A stretch of 64,000 bases of DNA from assembly GCA_040386695.1 (NCBI GenBank), contig JAZKFB010000038.1, forward strand, positions 23,157 to 87,156, given 5' to 3'. Below, in pieces: positions 63,070 through 64,000 of this stretch (positions are counted from its first letter, which is position 1; the number at the start of each line of letters is the position of its first letter). The position numbers and the translations under genes are program-made. The notes under the pieces are model-generated. The model worked only from the letters and a program-made list of their open reading frames with translations. It did not search any database and had not been told where the DNA came from. This stretch comes from Verrucomicrobiota bacterium (GTDB lineage: Bacteria; Verrucomicrobiota; Verrucomicrobiia; Verrucomicrobiales; V1-33).

Positions 63070-64000
63070 ATGTCCCTGCTGCCTCCGCAGGAGGAGGTGT
63101 TCTGGAGTGACTTCCGGACGTTGTATTTATTGTGGCGCAGGCAGATGGGGAAGAGCCATCTCTTTGCCAGCAAGGCGCTGAGCCGCATGATGCTGAGGGC
63201 GGGACACAGTGTGTTCGTGGTCAATGCGAGTCTTTTGATGGGGCAGGAGAATATCCTGAAGGAGGTCAACATCTGGGCCGCCGTGCTCGACGCCTTCCGC
63301 GCGGTGGCCGCCGCCGCGGACATGGAGCTGAAGCTGTATGAAACCGACTACTCCGAAAAGGGGGAGCTGAAGCGCGCGGTGGAGGTGGACCGGGCGTGGG
63401 ACGTGGAGACGCTGGCCGGACTCTTTGAGAGCAGCAAACTGGAGACGCGCCTGTGGCATGACCGGCAGCGCTACAGCCGCACCCGTGTGGTGGCTCCGAA
63501 TCCGCTGACGGCGCGCGGATTCACGGGCGATGTCTTCGGGGATGAGATCGCGTTCTGGCCGGAGTTTGAGGCGGTGATGGACGCGGTGGAGCCGATCATC
63601 GCGCGCAATCCGCAGTACATCATGTGGATGGCGACGACGCCCGCCGCCGATGAGACGCACGCCACCTTCGGCCTGCTGATGCCGCAGCACGACAGGTTTG
63701 ATCCGAACCCGCGCGGCAACTGGTATAAGACGGAGGACGGCACGCCGGTCCACCGCGTGGACGCCTGGGATGGCGAGGCCGCCGGGGTGCCGCTCTATGA
63801 TTCCAAAACGGGCGCGGCCATGACGGTGGCGGAGGCCAGAGTGGCCGCCCGGAACAAAAAGAGTTTTGATAGGAACTTCCTGCTGAAGTTCATCAGCGGC
63901 GGCGCGGCCGCGATCCCGCGCCACCTGTTGCTCAACGCGCAGGCGGTGGACGACGGGGAGTGCGGACTGGCGTTGGACCTGGGCGAACTGAGCCGACTGG
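63070..64000 (+). CDS. Large terminase subunit (N-terminal ATPase part; continues past the window end)
   Basis: My own translation from ATG 63070: MSLLPPQEEVFWSDFRTLYLLWRRQMGKSHLF (Walker A-like GKS) ... GDVFGDEIAFW (Walker B DE). It is open to the window end and absent from the ORF track because there is no stop. Confidence 0.65.
   Translation, partial: MSLLPPQEEVFWSDFRTLYLLWRRQMGKSHLFASKALSRMMLRAGHSVFVVNASLLMGQENILKEVNIWAAVLDAFRAVAAAADMELKLYETDYSEKGELKRAVEVDRAWDVETLAGLFESSKLETRLWHDRQRYSRTRVVAPNPLTARGFTGDVFGDEIAFWPEFEAVMDAVEPIIARNPQYIMWMATTPAADETHATFGLLMPQHDRFDPNPRGNWYKTEDGTPVHRVDAWDGEAAGVPLYDSKTGAAMTVAEARVAARNKKSFDRNFLLKFISGGAAAIPRHLLLNAQAVDDGECGLALDLGELSRL

Larger units (their letters stand above)
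33400..64000. mobile_element. Mu-like transposable prophage or prophage composite; right end lies beyond the window
   Basis: MuA-like DDE transposase plus MuB-like AAA+, divergent XRE/Ner-like switch, MuF, gpG, gpI, gpT-type capsid, DUF1320, G/GT chaperone, tape measure, DUF3486-type small terminase and large terminase. No integrase or tRNA is present at the left edge. Confidence 0.8.

Overview
GC-rich bacterial chromosomal window; no rRNA, tRNA or CRISPR array was recognised. The taxon cannot be fixed from sequence alone. The gene content (Bat/MoxR operon, many large secreted LamG/TSP3/beta-propeller proteins) only weakly suggests a Verrucomicrobiota/Planctomycetota-like organism. Positions 1-33.4 kb are mostly housekeeping and secreted-protein genes: BatA-DUF4381-DUF58-MoxR operon, M3 oligoendopeptidase, M1 aminopeptidase, proA, YhaM-like HD nuclease, acylphosphatase, rmlD, a cNMP-binding protein, HAD phosphatase and a VanX-type dipeptidase. 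An accessory patch at 3.0-12.2 kb interrupts them. It holds a type I R-M locus (hsdM-hsdS fusion, apparently frameshifted hsdR, 5'-truncated hsdM remnant). It also holds two IS200-like RAYT (Y1/HUH) transposase genes, each embedded in its own family of REP-like hairpin repeats, and a 13-unit 21-bp iteron-like array. One REP family sits in frame inside the hsdM-hsdS gene. From about 33.4 kb to the window end lies a Mu-like transposable prophage or prophage composite. The minus-strand arm carries Ner-like, MuA-like and MuB-like genes, early ORFs, MuF, gpG, gpI, the gpT capsid, G/GT chaperone and tape measure. The plus-strand arm carries an XRE repressor, a secreted moron, small membrane ORFs, three fibre-like ORFs, and small and large terminase. 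Main points for follow-up: the split late-gene layout; a MuF-zincin fusion; a small Acb2/Tad1-hairpin-like ORF in the head module; a C8 slippery site for the G/GT frameshift; and three apparent frameshifts at short G/C runs, which may be real decay or assembly indels. All family names come from reading motifs by eye, and no database search was run.
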